From Phoronis australis (taxonomy: Eukaryota > Animalia > Phoronida), in the NCBI GenBank assembly GCA_002633005.1, contig NMRA01000042.1:184838-248837 (forward strand): DNA of 64,000 nt. The letters are read 5' to 3'. Of the stretch, positions 1 through 15,600 are shown piece after piece; positions within the stretch are counted from its first letter, which is position 1; the number at the start of each line of letters is the position of its first letter. Below the pieces are notes generated by a model. The model saw only the letters and a list, made by a program, of their open reading frames with translations, had not been told where the DNA came from and did no database searches. The position numbers and the translations under genes were made by a program.

Positions 1-160
1 TCATGACAGGAAATTCTGGGTCATTTTGTCTCAATATTTGAATGCAGCTTCCACCCAGCCATCATGACAGAGAATTCTGGGTCATTTTGTCTCAATATTT
101 GAATGCAGCTTCCACCCAGCCATCATGACAGAGAATTCTGGGTCATTTTGTCTGAATATT
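1..160. repeat. 60-bp tandem repeat (>=2.6 copies, continues off the left edge)
   Basis: catcatgacagagaattctgggtcattttgtctcaatatttgaatgcagcttccacccagc. Confidence 0.9.
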
Positions 161-473
161 TTTAGCCTGTACTGCACAAAGAAACACAAAATTACCTTCA
201 ACCTTAAAGTGTCTTACATTGACCTAGAGGAACATGATAAACAAAAAGTCACAGTAAACAGAAATACTTAATAATGTAAATCGCACAGAACATGCTGACC
301 TTTTCATAATTTAATCTCATGACAGAACCACCCAATTTTTAGTGGTGGCCATTTTTAGTAAGATCGGGACCATACATGCAAAACTGTAGCATGACCTTAC
401 GTGATCTCATTAAACTCGCTAAACAGCCCTTTGGCACGTGCCCAGGAATGAACGTGCAAGTCAGTAAACCCAC

Positions 474-626
474 CTCATGGTGCACCTTGATCTTCAGTAC
501 GGCGGGTAGAAAGCCTAGCATGTGAGATACAAATGGCAGTAGACACTTGTAGCCAGACTTTCCATCGGTGGTACGGCCCAGACACAACTTATAGAGACCC
601 TTACAAGCTTCGCAGCGCACATTAGG
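474..626 (-). CDS. USP34: USP34 exon 39 (3' boundary less certain)
   Basis: PNVRCEACKGLYKLCLG...FLPAVLKIKVHHE|gtgggt. Confidence 0.85.
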
Positions 627-3600
627 CTGAAAGGTAAACTATTGGATTAGCTAAGTTGGTTCTTACACAATATGCATTTTAAGTCCAGGATGCATCTTGA
701 AAGTTTTTGTATCAAACCCAGTTCAGCTGAAACCTGGACTAATTTCAATTACTCTTCAACTTCAAATCACGAAAATTACAGCTAGATGGAAAGGTGTTCA
801 CTAATGCTTTTGTACTAACATTTCTATTCTAGACTTGCAACTGGCCACTAAGTGACTTTGATCTCACGAGAAATCACTAAAAATGGCTCATATCATACCT
901 CAGGTGCATCGACAGTGAGTCGTTTGAGCCAGTCTGAGCAGTTGTCCATCATACAGAGAGCTGGTATCACGTTATTGCAGCTATACGCCCAAGAGACAAG
1001 AAAGGACATGGCGTAGTGGATAACCTCTGCTCGACCCCATGTCTGCATCTGGCCAAACTCAGAAAAGCTGTGGAATGTCATATTATACATTTTAGTTTCG
1101 GTTCACACTGGGAGCTTTTCCACTCGCCAGTTTTACAGACATTCAAGTTTACCATGTACTTTTAAAACACCTGAAATTGCAAACTGGAAAAACAGCATCC
1201 TTCATGTCAAAGGAAACTCAACTCACTATAAACATTCTTCTGCAAGTATATATAAATGTCATAGACTTGTGGTCGGCATTGTTTTATTTCGTGCATTGTT
1301 CATTAAAAAACAGCTTAAAAATCGAAAACTGCTTTTTATATTTTAATGAAATCTGACGCTGGTGGTGAGAAAATAAACAATGAAAATTGATGAAATTTGC
1401 CGTTCCTTTAGCTGTTCTCACAATGTTAGAGATTTACCAAGGATTATTGATAAATGCAGCATTTGATGGTTTAAAGATTAACACATAAAAGACAAATGTT
1501 AACGTTTCTAAGCACTCTAAATACTGGTTAATCATAACGCCATTGTACACTGGTGAAAGCTTGTAATCAGTCACTCAGCCACCAAAATACATCTCACTTG
1601 GGCTGGAAGAAGGAAGCTTACCTAGGAAGAGCAGCATCATATAAAATAGTTGTCAATATTTTCAGAACGGGTTCCACTTTCATCATAGAGAGGATAGTCT
1701 GCAAAATAATGGGGCATTAACAATAAATGGCTGAGTTTTTGTAGACCTTTGTTTCGAAGCAGCTTCATCAAAATGACTAGGGTTCATACAAGACCAATGG
1801 CCATTACAGAGGCACATTTCATTAGGTATTTTGTAACCAGAAGATGGGCTTAACTGCAAATCAAGCCCACTAGTTAGCTTAAGACTAAAACCTTGCTTGA
1901 ACCAGGATTCAAACTGATAGCCTGACAGATGGCACTAGTGATCACTTGCCTGGTTGAGCGGAACTATCACTTTCTCATTGCTGCGATTCTTCCTCATTCG
2001 CTTGCGTGGACTCTCGTAGTTGTTCGACTCAAACACCTCATCATGAGTGACATCATCAGTGGGTGTGACCGCAAACAGACTGACCAATCGTAACAGGTAG
2101 GCAAGGCATTCTTGTTTCCACTGAAATAACAGAACAATCAATACTAACATGTATTTAGATGTAAACACTACAAATTAAGGTTGTTGTGTTCTTCCATTCA
2201 AGTACTCCTCCAATAAATATCTAATACAAAGGGAAAAATTGGTTTAAAAAAATCTTGAATATATCAACGAGATATTCAAGCTGGAATAAAAAATGACACA
2301 TTTTGTAACAAAGAAAATAAGAATTTTGTGGAATTCTGCTCCTCTATTGATTTGTAACTCCTGCTGCTCGCTCACTATTATATTGTTGTAATAGAGGAAT
2401 TCTAATCACTCATTCTATTTGTCCCTGGTCAGACTAACCTGGACAAACTCCTGAAACCCTGGCTGCCGCTGCTCAAATAATAGTCACAGAACTGACAACA
2501 TAATTAATATCTACCTATGAAAACAAACAAACATACAGTTGACTCACCTCACTCCAGTGGTCACCGTCTTTAATTTGAAGACTCCCCAACACAAAAATGT
2601 TGAATAAGTGACTGAGACCTCCTTTACTGATGAACTACAATAGCCAAATGAATTGATACAATACAGTTGCTCATTAAGAGGTTCTAAAAACACAAATATC
2701 AAAATAATTACATTTCAACAAAAAATGGCGAAAATTATGAAGAAGATGAAGAGGTAGCAATGAACCAATAAAGAAAAAGGAGAAAATGTGTTCAACAGTT
2801 CATATTTCTTAAAAATGCATGTGAGTTTTGCTAATTAAACTGTGATTAGTTGGAAGAATTTCAAGTGTATTTCTATGTATTAAAAAGTAAGGAAAATGAA
2901 CAATTGCTTTAATTTCTCTGCATGCAATATATTTTAACACTTTGAGCTAACGATTGAATACAAAAAACATCAAATATGCAACGCACTAAAACCAATCTCC
3001 TGTTTATGATAAAAATTCTTTAGTTTGGGACACAATTTCTCCACAAAAGTAACTTTTCATGAAAATTTACTAAGTTTCTGGCATGGTTTTATGACATAGC
3101 TATTAATAAACAACATTCCGTAAAATTTTGAGCATTTGGAACAATGAGGTAACCATCTGAAAATTGGCAATTTTAGCAATTATTTTTTGAAGAGTTTTTA
3201 CTGTAGTATTCAAAGCATAACATGACTGTCCCTCCCTACCTTCCTACGCCATATTTCCTCAGGAGTCTCTACCAGGTCCACTGACATTTCAGAGTCTGTG
3301 CTGGCAAGGATAGAATCACCTCCTCCACTACGAACCTAAAGTATAACATGCACATGACTGAATGGACTACAGTGAATGCTGAAGGTGGTAGGGCAACATG
3401 GGACCAGTTAGGACTACAGTGAATACTGAAGGCGGTAGGGCAACACGGGAACCAACAACAAAAACCTCACTGTAAAGATGAACTAAACTCGAACCAGCAA
3501 ATTGAAATTTCTAAAAATTCTATGGTGCTTTGATGCTTGTCACCTCCAAAATATGCAATAATTAACATATTCCAGTTCAAAAATGGCAAAGTGTCAACTA

Positions 3601-6600
3601 ATGCGCTTCCTAAGGTAATTCCCATTATATGTTTGTAAACAATGGACAAGGAACTCTGATCAGAGCAACTCAACCCATTCATACTTGGACCAAGGTATAT
3701 TTACAGTTGATTTGTCGCCACAAAGTTGTACATAAGGATATCTCAAACAAAAATTGGCCGTTTTTACAATATTTCACATATCTTGCAAGATACCTTATCT
3801 TTGTTTTCGTGGAACTTCAAATACGGAATTTATACCGTGTAGCGAGAAAAAATATTTAGCAGAACCACCCCAGAACCCCCTTCAACCGCGTGGAAAATTG
3901 CTCACTTCGTATTTAAGGTCAAATGTTACAGACCTATCACTCAAATTGATTCTATCAGTCTCCCCAGCAGGTACGCCAACTTATGTTGCTTACAACAATG
4001 TACTGTTGACCTTATGTCAATAGGTCAAGAGATATAAACTCCTCCCCTAACCAAGTTTCCCCTCGATTCAATGTCAATCAACTTAACAAAATTAATGATA
4101 ATTATTGGGCACTGACAATTCAACTGATATCATGAATAAATGTTCAAATAGCTAACAAGGTAATTGTTTGTTTAGTTTATATTGACCAAAAACAAGTTTT
4201 CACCAAATAATTAGCAAAAGATCTTGACATTTTCACATCTACCTACTTAATCAGCTTTTTCTTGGCTTCAGTAAATCACCTTAATTTGAACTTCGGAAAA
4301 TGGCCCAGTGATCGCTGAAGCTTTCCAAACTCAATATTTTTTCATCTATCTCAAGAATGCTATTAGGATTTTCAATATAAAGGCCTTAATTCTTGCGTAA
4401 TGAAACAAAAGGTGAGTACAACTGTTATTTATCACAAAAATATGTTTTGCGTGTTGATTTGTCATAGAAACCAAGCTAAAGACTAATCGAAAATTCCTAA
4501 CTGTGTTTTTGAGGTAACTGGTGAAGTTTTCATTTAAAAAAGGTTTCATTAAAATCGACCGAGGGGTTAGTTTGCTATGAATGTACCTTGAAAATGAAAA
4601 TTTGACTTAAAAAAGGTGTTTACGTAGTAATGACAATGGCACATAAATACAAAATGTATTTCTATAATCCCTGATCTTATTTCTTTCAGAAAAAATATAC
4701 TTTTACTAGCTGACAAAGCCTGGTTTTTTGATATATAACTAAGAATGAAGGCCACTAAATAAGGTCCGAGATAACCTAAAACCCATAAAACATACAAAGT
4801 GTAATTTCTGTATTCAGTAGCCATGTCCCAAATGCCAACGTTGAAGACAGTAGTGTCAATTTTCTTAACCCACAATGCTGGTGGTAAATGTCAATCCCAA
4901 CTTGCTGAGACAAAGCTCAACTATAAACATTTACCACTAGCGGTGTCACTTTTCTTATCCCGCAATGGAGAAGAGTTTATTTCAGAAAATGTTTACCCCA
5001 ACTTGTAGCAACAATGCTTGACCATCAACACCTACCACCAGCGACCGTCTCCTCTGTTTTGGTATTTTGGACAGAAACTCGACCACTTGCAAAGAGTACA
5101 TCAGTTTGTGCGCATTGTGAGGATCTAGCAACGAGTTCCAGTCCCAGCTGGCATCACCGTCACTGCCTGGAGCCTGCACAGGGAGCAAAGGTCAGAGAAG
5201 AATGTGCAATGTCAGCAAACTACAAGTCAGCATGCACGACAATAATAACTATCATCTTCTAAGCATTTTCCATCATACCCTCAAACATTAAGATGGTGAG
5301 CCATCACTTACTGACACCCTTTGGCAAGCCAGCAACCCAAAAGGACAGACTGTCGCTGACAAGTTTTGTAAGTCTTCACTTTAGTTGTTGATGTATCGTT
5401 TAATTCTAAGTTCTGTAAAGCTACATTAAGCAGTTGAAAAGGCACAAGAGCTCAAAATTTGCAGCAGTTTTCAAAAAATAGACAAAATATCTTCTAAAAT
5501 ATCATGGATTGAAATTGCAACTAATTTTCAATTATTTCATTCACCTGATACTTACCTGGGTTTTTACCATAATTTTAACCAAGCTGGACAACATTTGTTG
5601 AAAACTGTTATATGAACTGATGACTGCTTACCTCTGTGACAACCAGAGCCTGGAAACCCTCAAGTATTCTTGGGTTAGTTGGTAGTAGCATGAGTAACTC
5701 CCAAACCTTACGCGACAGAATACGAGCCTTGTTCTCTAGACAAGACCTCTCTTGGGTATCCTATTTTAATAAATCAGGAAGAAATATTAAATGAACCGCA
5801 TCATTTTGTGTCCACACTGCATTCCACTCCTAACCTAAGATTGAATGAGGGGCAGTATATAAAAATTAGTAGCTGCCTTCTCAATGTCACAAGTAAAACC
5901 ATTTTCACAATAAAAATCCATAAAAAACCAAAAAGACATTCAAGCGAACAATAATATTGAATAATGGAAGTAACTGAGACTTGCCTATCCAGAAGGCGCA
6001 AATTAATCCACAATATGACTGCATTTGTCACATGGCACAAATTAATCCACAATATGGCTGCACTTGTCACATGGCACAAATTAATACTGGCACAAATTAA
6101 TCCACAATATGGCTGCACTTGTCACATGGCACAAATTAATACTGGCACAAATTAATCCACAATATGGCTGCACTTGTCACATGGTCCAATTTAATACTGG
6201 CAAAAATTAATCCACAATAGCCTACCCTTATCAAATGACCCAATTTAATACTGGCACAAATTAATCCACAATATGGCTGCACTTATCACATAGCCCAATT
6301 TAATACTGGCTATAAGGTACAACAATATCACCAATGAATGAAATTGAATTTGAAATGAAGGTTGCATCAACCGAATATTATTAATAGGTCAAACTGGTCA
6401 AAACAAACACTGCTCCAGTCTGTCTCCTGACAATAAACATATTATGCAAAATCAAAAACATATTTTAGAGAGTTTACTCACAGTTGGTTCAGTGGTGCAC
6501 TTCATGTTGCTAAGCAACTGCAGCAGACCAAACAGCTGCTCAAAGTAGGGTTTCTCCAGAAGAATCATCATGGGAGTTAACTCTTGATCAGGTGCAGACA

Positions 6601-9600
6601 GGTAACAGGCTGGAGTACTTGTCGAGTGAGGACGCTGTGAACGGTTAGCACCGGCAGAAACAATGATAGTCTGAAACAGTCCATTTAGAGTTATTGATAC
6701 TGGGATAAATAAGAGTAAAAGTTTCACCAGATAGTAGTGATTTCTTTAGTTAATTATTGAAAGAACTGGAAGATGAAACAGAAACAAGCCTAACAATTTC
6801 ACCACCAAATTTTCTCAGGTCCTCTAGAAAATAATGGATTACAAATCTTCCAACTTAAATCTTAATCAATCCTTATCAGTGGCATAAGAGCTTGAACTGT
6901 GTATGCTCAAAATCTAAAGTTTAATCTTAGTGTGGTATGCGTATTGGTATAACTCTCTGTCTTGTTAAGCTTGGCGGTCTTCATTAAGTCACATAATCAC
7001 AGCAGGTTCAGTAATCCTACAATGTCTGAATGGGTGATATTATGTTTATTTCACCTGATGGTCCTTGATCTGCGCATCGTTCAGAGCTTTTTCATCCGAC
7101 TCTGGTCCCAGCTCCTGACCAAGCGTGATCATCCGTATTGGACCATCACCTAGTAGGGCTCCAAGCAGCGGCGTTGAGGACACATGGGGGCGGGTGCCAG
7201 ACTCCAGCTGCTCCTGTTGTTGGTGTAACTGGCGCTGCCGTTTCTGCACGGCCAGCCACCACCGACTCACCTCGGCACGCAGTTCACCCACCATGTCAGA
7301 CGAGTTAAGCTCCAGAGTGGCCTGTAGAAAACACGAAAGACACAAGATGACTTGTGCAGGTTGAGTAGTGTACATAGCTTTGAAAATAAAGACCAATCTT
7401 ACAAATGCATGGGGATTTTTTTCAAAAAATTTAAAATTTGCAATTGCCAGTTTAATCCTGAAAAATAAAGAACAACTGGTTCTACTAATAAGTTGTCATC
7501 AAATGTCACGTTTTTGTTATACACACAAGGCAACTCAAAACTAGTATCATATGCTATTTGTTACCTTTTTACCATTAAAATCTAATAAACAATGAAGCTA
7601 ATGATACTCATTGACACACCAATCTTGAGTGCAGCTCTCATGACACAGTGCAGCTCTCATGACACAAATCCAGAGTAACCAAACCAAAACTGATTAAAAA
7701 TCACCGGTTGAAGCGCATAACATGAGAGACAAAGTGAAGTTGGAAGTTCACAACAAGTGCTACCTTTTCATCTGGCATCCCAGCAGGTTGCAATAGGACA
7801 CGTATCTGCGTTTGTGTCTTGCCTTGGCTTGCCACCTGGTGGCTGGAGATGGGCCTGCCATCTAGCTGCCAAGTGCGCAGGTGGAAGGCAAACCGACGCC
7901 TGAAGCCCTCCAGGTGATTACGCAGTAGGACAAGGGCTCGTTGAATGACCAGCAGGTTGGTGGCTGGACTCTATGGTTGAACAGACAAGACTAGACTTCA
8001 TGACCAACGTAACACACAATTTGAATGGCTAGACTCAATGGCCTATGTACACAATTTGAATGGCTAGGTCTTGAACAAGTCCTAATAAGTACTGACAAAC
8101 CGTGGTTATGTCACATACTGGGCCACAGTATTTCATGATTTTTCCTGAGAAGTTTCCATCACAAAACAAGTGCTCATACCACTACAAAAATACTTGTTGG
8201 TATTACTGCTGAATGCAAATTTTCTGATTTAAAAACAATTATCTCTCAAAAACTAAGCAATTCTGACACAGTGAGTTCCAGAACTTTCTGCTGCATGACT
8301 TTTCCAGAATAAACAAAAATCCCTTAAGTTTATTGACAGCCCTCAAAATGTAAGAGCTTTTTCATGTGTATAAACCATGTCATAAGGCAACTACCATTCA
8401 TTTACCAGCAATATTGTTGTTTCAACTAGCTACATGCCCACAGTACTGCAGGTATGATGGTACAATAATAACACTCACCTGATCTGCAGGTAACTCAGAT
8501 GCAGACATTAGACTGTGCATGCAACGTTGAATGAACTCGTTTTCTTTATTCAGATTTCCACCACCAACTAAAACAACAAAGTACAAATCCTTGAATTAGA
8601 CAATTATCAAAAATCAGTATGTTGTGCCCACACATCGTGTCAAAATATTTTTCCGTAATTGCTAAATATTGAAAAAAGTACCAAGACACATTACTAGTGT
8701 GCAGTTAATCTCACTGACCACACATATTTACATCATTGTGTTTTTATGGAATTACCACACAACAATGACATTGTCTTGTGTTTTTATGGAATTACCACAC
8801 AACAATGACATTGTCTTGTGTTTCTATGGAATTACCACACAACAATGACATTGTCATGTGTTTTTATGGAATTACCACACAACAATGACATTGTCATGTA
8901 CATTTTCTAGTCTAGCATTCTTCAAACCAAATTTTCCCATTTTTCCAAGTTTGACTCTGTTGCTGGAAACAATTAGAACTTCATAACCCACATGTGATTT
9001 GATGACAGCTGTACCTTGGATTTATTCTTATTGAGAAATTAACGAACTTAAAACAAAATATCCTATATGCTAAAATAACGATAGTAGAACACTTACTACA
9101 TTATAGACGAACACAACTTTTACACTAAACTCTTCTACCATTACACGTTATGCCTCATCATTGCACACGTCAAAGCAAATACTCACATCCTATATAGTAG
9201 TGGTTGATGTATTGTATGGCTGACATACTGACATCAGTATTGTTGGCCCGCAGGGCTATACCCCACAACTGATCCATGCCACTGATCTGTTCCTCTGGGA
9301 CAGGGTTGTCTAGCGAGGCGTTGTGACAGCGGGCCAGGTGACACAGTTGTTGGAACAGACTCAGGCCCACCATACTCATAGTTTCTGGCTGGAGGGATGA
9401 CATCTGGAAGAAATGAGTCACATTCAACACTTGTGGTATTTGACTGTTGCATCATAAAGCACTCACAAGCACCAGCTACTCAATGAACTGCCTAAATGAA
9501 AACCATGCAAACTTCTGGCTCCTACCTCACAACCAAACTGAGACATCAAAGTTCATTTCACCTCAATGGTAGATCTGAGAAAATGTATGGATATATTAGC

Positions 9601-12600
9601 TATTGGTGTTGTGAAGTATGACGTGTGCACTATGCAAAATCTTTGTCTGCATCCAATAGGCAAACATGCGCATTATAACCTCATAGGTCTCTACGTATTA
9701 GGAGTACACGTTATGACAATGCAAGTTATACCCACAGGTCTACAGGTATCAGACACCACAGAATGCCCCAAAAGGCACTATGTACGGGACATTGCAAAGT
9801 ATTCCCCTCGCAATTGACTATGTATCAGACACTGCACAGTATACCCTAAAGGTTCCCAAGTATCAGGTCGTTATACTACTCCTCATTGATATATATCTTA
9901 GAATTGTACATCTGATAGCATCTCATTTTTGAATTATAGCTAAAGAACAGTGGATTTTCTCATGGTTGAAAGACTAGAACATTTTTATTCAAACTTCATG
10001 TTCTATTATGGCGAAAGAAAAATATAATGCACCTTTTCTACAAACAAGTGCTTGAATGTCTCCAGCTTTAGAGCATGGTGGTCCTTAGTCTTTGCTTGGT
10101 TCAAGAACCAGTTGAGACACTCGTCAGATGAGTCGGGGTCTGTTACTAAACTATTCCACAAGATGTCCACTTGTTGAAGGCTCATGGCTGGAAAAAAGTG
10201 TTACTTTGTAATATTTAATAAAGTAAAGCAATGCAAAATCCTACAGCAAGGGCTTTAAAGAGTGGTATAGTTTCAACAAACAAAAAGTCAGACATAAATA
10301 AATAAAACAGGTCCCAAGAAATTTTTCAATGGAATTACATTACATTACAGAAAGCAGAATATAAAGCTTCCTGTTACTACTGATATAATGACATTAAAGC
10401 TGTATTTCATTGTTTAGGTGGGTAAAACCAAAAAATTGAATTAGGCCTTTTACACTGATGGTCTCATAAAATCAGTCTCAGAATGTTCCTTGCCCAGACA
10501 GGAGTTGGAAATAGACTTCTGTCATGGTAAGGAATATTCTGAAACTGAATTTATGAGAGAACAAGACCTTTAACATTCAATTTTTGTTTTTTAGCCAGCT
10601 AAACAGGGGGAAATACAGCTTTAAGGTTGACATTTCAGTACGCTGTTGTGACTAATGTGTAGATTGCACCACAGACGGGCATTTCTTAATTACCCATCAC
10701 ACCAACTAGTACTCCATCAAGTGTTCGAAAAAGATAACATTTGGCTCATATTGCTTTCAATGAATAAAACGACAACCAACGGATTCCAATTCTCCGAGTT
10801 CAGTTTTCAGCAGTAAACTATAACAATTTAACACTTCATCCAAATCCAGAAATCACCTGTAATCTGAGTAAGGTACAGGTTGAGATCACTTTTAATGTAA
10901 TTAGTGTTCTAATCCAAATGTTAGCCTTTTTCATATCAAAATCAATGAAGGTATGTGCCTTGGGGATTTGATTCTTACACTCAACATCAGCTGTCTATTC
11001 ACTGGCAGGGGGCAAAAGTAATGCACCCCTTCAACTTTTCAAAGTATCATGACGTGACATTGGGTCTTCTACTATTATTATTGCAACACTACAAATCTCT
11101 TACTAAAGTCCTCCGGAGTGGCTAGTGTTGAGTACATGCAGGTGAGAAACTCCAGGCGAACGTATACCTCCTCCTTAAAGCTGTACCTGTGGGCAAGATG
11201 TGGGTGACAGTGTGAGCGAGGAACACAGACAGCAATCTTTTTATTAGTAACTTTGGACTTTCAACCGCAAGCTACATAACCCAAGAACTTTCACGAGACA
11301 AATCCTGGTTCATAAAAATTAAACCAGACTTACTAATGAAAAGGTGCATTTTGATTGTAATTTCACTGAGCAAACAATGTACTTAGTGACTACATGCCTA
11401 TTCTTTCTTAAACTGCCATTCCTGAAATATTTTGGTTTGTATTGGCTAAGTCAACAGTACTCTAACAACTGATTGGTGGACACTGGTGACATCATGTCAT
11501 GGAGCCGAGTGGAAAGAAGAGAAAAGCAAAACATACATAGCAAATGTTCATCGTCATGATCAACACTTAAGGCAGTGCTAAGAATGTTAAACATTACTTG
11601 CTATAATAAGAGATATTAATGCAGCCATAAATGGACCACTTAAACTATATCATGTTTTAGGTACAATGTCATTTGTTTTAGGGTTGTTGTATTCTCGTAT
11701 TTAAAATCACTAACTTATACAAAATAGGAGTATCATTACAGGTTCTACACCAGCTTGAAAAATTGTTGCTGCAAACCTTCAGAAACATGGCCTCTACATA
11801 CCACTTTTACTAAAGCTGATCATCATGACTATGCAATATCCAACACTGAGATATATTCAAAGATTAATGTCAGTGTTAAGGCAATTACTAAGACGTGACT
11901 TTGATGTTTTGTTGAAAAGTCTCGTCACTTGCCAAATTTCAGGATTTCCAAATGAAAATACATTGATTGATGAATCAAGACACCCGTACTTACAGTCCAG
12001 TTCCAGGGAAAGATCTATCAGAAATTTTGTCTTTGAAGACACAGAGATTGTTGAAGAAATGTGTCATCATCCCCAGCTCCTTCTCTGCCCACCTGAAAAC
12101 AAGAATGAAATGTGGATTCAAACATCAATAATTAATTCAAGCATCAATTTAAAATACAGCAGAAAAGTTCAACATTAAATGCAACTCAAGAAACATGTTC
12201 AAAATAATAACACTATGATTTTTGATATTCGCGATCTGACCAATCAGATGCTGTAAATATCATAAACCCTGACCACAAAACAGCAGATCATGTCAGTACA
12301 TCAAAGTGAGTAACAATAAGCTAATCTTATTAGAGACAAAAGATCAGAGGAAAAAAGCACCATTGGTCATATAATAAAGCAAATGTAGACTGATTCCTCA
12401 GGCATGCCAAATCATATGGACCTCCGCAGAGCAATATTGCCTTCGGCTTCTGGCAATGTCCAATTGGTTTTCCTTGGTCCGTATGACCTGATATTACCCT
12501 TGGGATTGGTCTATACTTGTAAGCTGTTCTACCAATATGCAAATATAAACAGTACGTACAGCCTACATTTTGACTATAATATCAAATTATTGTTTTCAAC

Positions 12601-15600
12601 ATATCCTATAACGCATGGTAATTGGAACTGAGATAAAAACAATCAAAATTGCTTACATGGTGACAGTGTGAGGTTCAAACGAACCAAACAACTTTGGTAA
12701 AAGACGTAGGGAAATAACCACAGATCTGAAATATACAATGACACAACCTTAGACCAGATCACCAGTCAGAGTAAGCCCTGAGCACTTCACCTGTTCTCAT
12801 TTGACAGACAAGTCACACCCATCACCTGACTATTGAATGAACTGTTTCAATATTTGAGCATCATAACTTCGAACAAGTGTACCAGTATTTTTTCCACAAT
12901 TTACCATAGCTTGTGCGGAGTTTTGATCAAGAGGAAGGAGCTGTTGTTTGTTGAGTGTAGGTCAGTTATAGAACTCCTGAATAACTCAAACAGCAGACAA
13001 CTGACAGATGCAAGAAAGTGAAGCTGACATGCCGTTTACTTCCTTTTAGCTTGACGCTTTGCAATGACAAAGCTTCACATCATAAATATGCAATTACACC
13101 AAACAATAGTGATATTTTCAGCCAGTCATTTGGTTTAATTATTACCACAATCAAAAGGATGTTAACTTCATCAGGGTACAAAACTGATCCATACAAGACA
13201 AAACCTGAACACAATAAAGACAATTCATAAGTGCCAATGACATAACTGAGCAAACATGCAACAAGAACAAAGACAAACACTACAGATCAGCGTAACAATT
13301 TCTACAAGCACACAAAACAAAAAGTCTTGGAAGTACCTAGACAAAGAGATGTTTTTCACGCACGCCTCAATGAACTTCATCCTGATATGACGATTGGTGG
13401 AGTAACAAACCAATGAACAGAGAATTTTCTCCGCTTCAAGTGCCAGACCTTCTTGGAGCAGTGGCTGAAACAACAATGCATAGTAAACAAACATGCAAAC
13501 ATTTTATGATGAAAAGATCAACTAGGAATGAAACATGCAAACCCTGACAGTATGGCACACACAAGGAGAGAACACAGGACTATAATGACCACAGTAACAA
13601 AACATGTTTCCTGCCTGTCGTCTTCCACTGTGAACTAATTGGGTCATTTTGTGCACCCAGTATCACTGTCAACTGAACCGTAGCACTAAATACCAAGTAC
13701 ATCTCATAACAGCCCTACTACAGACCATCAGGGTCTTCTCAAGAAAAGCTAAAGTATGCCACTACTGTATTCAGTCAAGAATACAATTTCTTGTCATTTG
13801 TTCCAATGAGCTCTACCCAGTAGATACATGATGCTGTCAACAACCAGAGATGTGTTTATTAATGCTAGTCATTGGTGATACACATGAAGTGAGTTTGGCT
13901 AATACAACCGAAATGGGGGGGGGTTATGTATCATGGTTTCCTATAATTCCGCATTCCAGTGTACCTACACAATCACTATAAGACGGGGTAATTTTGCATT
14001 TAATAAGATCGCCAACTTAGCGAGATCCTAGTAAGAACTTGCGAAAAATGTACATGATCTTGTCAAACTTGCAAAATCATACCTATATTGAAGACTTGAA
14101 AAATGCTGGGCAACAGTCTAAGGTGTATGTCCCTTCTACTCAGAACAGATTGGGATTATAAAGATAAGTAATACTAAGTGAGAACAGACTGGGGTTATAA
14201 AGATAAGTAATACTCAGTGAGAACAGACTGGGATTATAAAGATAAGTAACACTCAGTGAGAACAGACTGAGATAATAAAGATAAGTAATACTCAGTGAGA
14301 ACAGACTGGGATTATAAAGATAAGTAACACTCAGTGAGAACAGACTGAGATAATAAAGATGTTATACTCACTGAGAACAGAATGGGATACTTAAGATAAG
14401 TAATACTCACTGCAGTCTCCTCCTGAACCAGGTCCCATAACAGAGTCTTTCCTGGACCACAGACACCATCAAACTCAGCCTCATCCTCCACTTCATTTGA
14501 GCAGGATTCTACAACTGAGGGTCAACAAGAAAGATATCCATTTGGTGACACTATTTATCATATATACATCACAAACAACCTTCCTTTCAGTTCATTTCTA
14601 CTGATCAACATTCAACAGCAAGTCTGGAGAAGAAACTCAGTTCTGGGTCAACTTAGCAGAATATTTTTTTTTGCTTTGAATTCATTCCAAATTATTACCA
14701 AGGCATTGCTTGTCGACCTTGGATGACTTTGTAAAAAGTGTGGGCCAACAATTACACAGCGGCACTTAGTTACCCCTACCAGTGGCTAAGTATGCATTGT
14801 AGATTACATAACTTCTAGATGTTTAGATAAGATCACTTAAGGACAACTAATAGAAGGCATAGAAAAGTAAAAATTGCGAATTATGTAACACACATTAGAA
14901 CAGCATGCCAATTTTGAACACTATAGCATAGCAATTGCCAGGAAAGTGATGTTTCTAAACTAATGACTTCTGCTCCTGTTGACCTCTTGCAGTGCACTGT
15001 AGGTTGCACTCATTGACCCTTACCAGTGGGTAGATGTGGATGGTAGACAGGGCTGACATGTCGCACGTGATGGTGGTGCTTGTAGTGTGCTGCCAATAGC
15101 TCTTCATCACTAACCTCACCCTCAAAGTCGGCCATATTCTTCTCTGACTTAGTACTGCCCCGGGAGCTGTTGAAGCTTCCCTCAGGACTCAGAATGTCTT
15201 CAAAGTCACTAGAAAGTAGAACGCAAAGTAACAACAATTAACTAATTAGAATGTCTTTAGAACACACAAGGCAGCAACATAAGTGCTTTCGCTGAAAATT
15301 TTGCAAAATTTGAGAGCAGAGGGTTTGAAGTAATTTTCTTTTTTCTTTACTGCACATTGAATATTGACTTTCTTTGTCTGCCACACATGCGCACACCCAG
15401 AGGGGGGGGCTCGGGGCTTCGAATGAGCCACGCCCCATTTGTCGAAGTGGGCAAAAAGGTCCGCCTCAGAGAAACAAAAGCTCTGAACAAAGTACACGAG
15501 ACAAAAGTCTATTAGAAAGGCAGGAACTACCAAAATTCGGCGAATGCAAAATTCATAGCGCTGAATGTACCCCGTGAAACTTAGTAAAAGGTCCACATTA

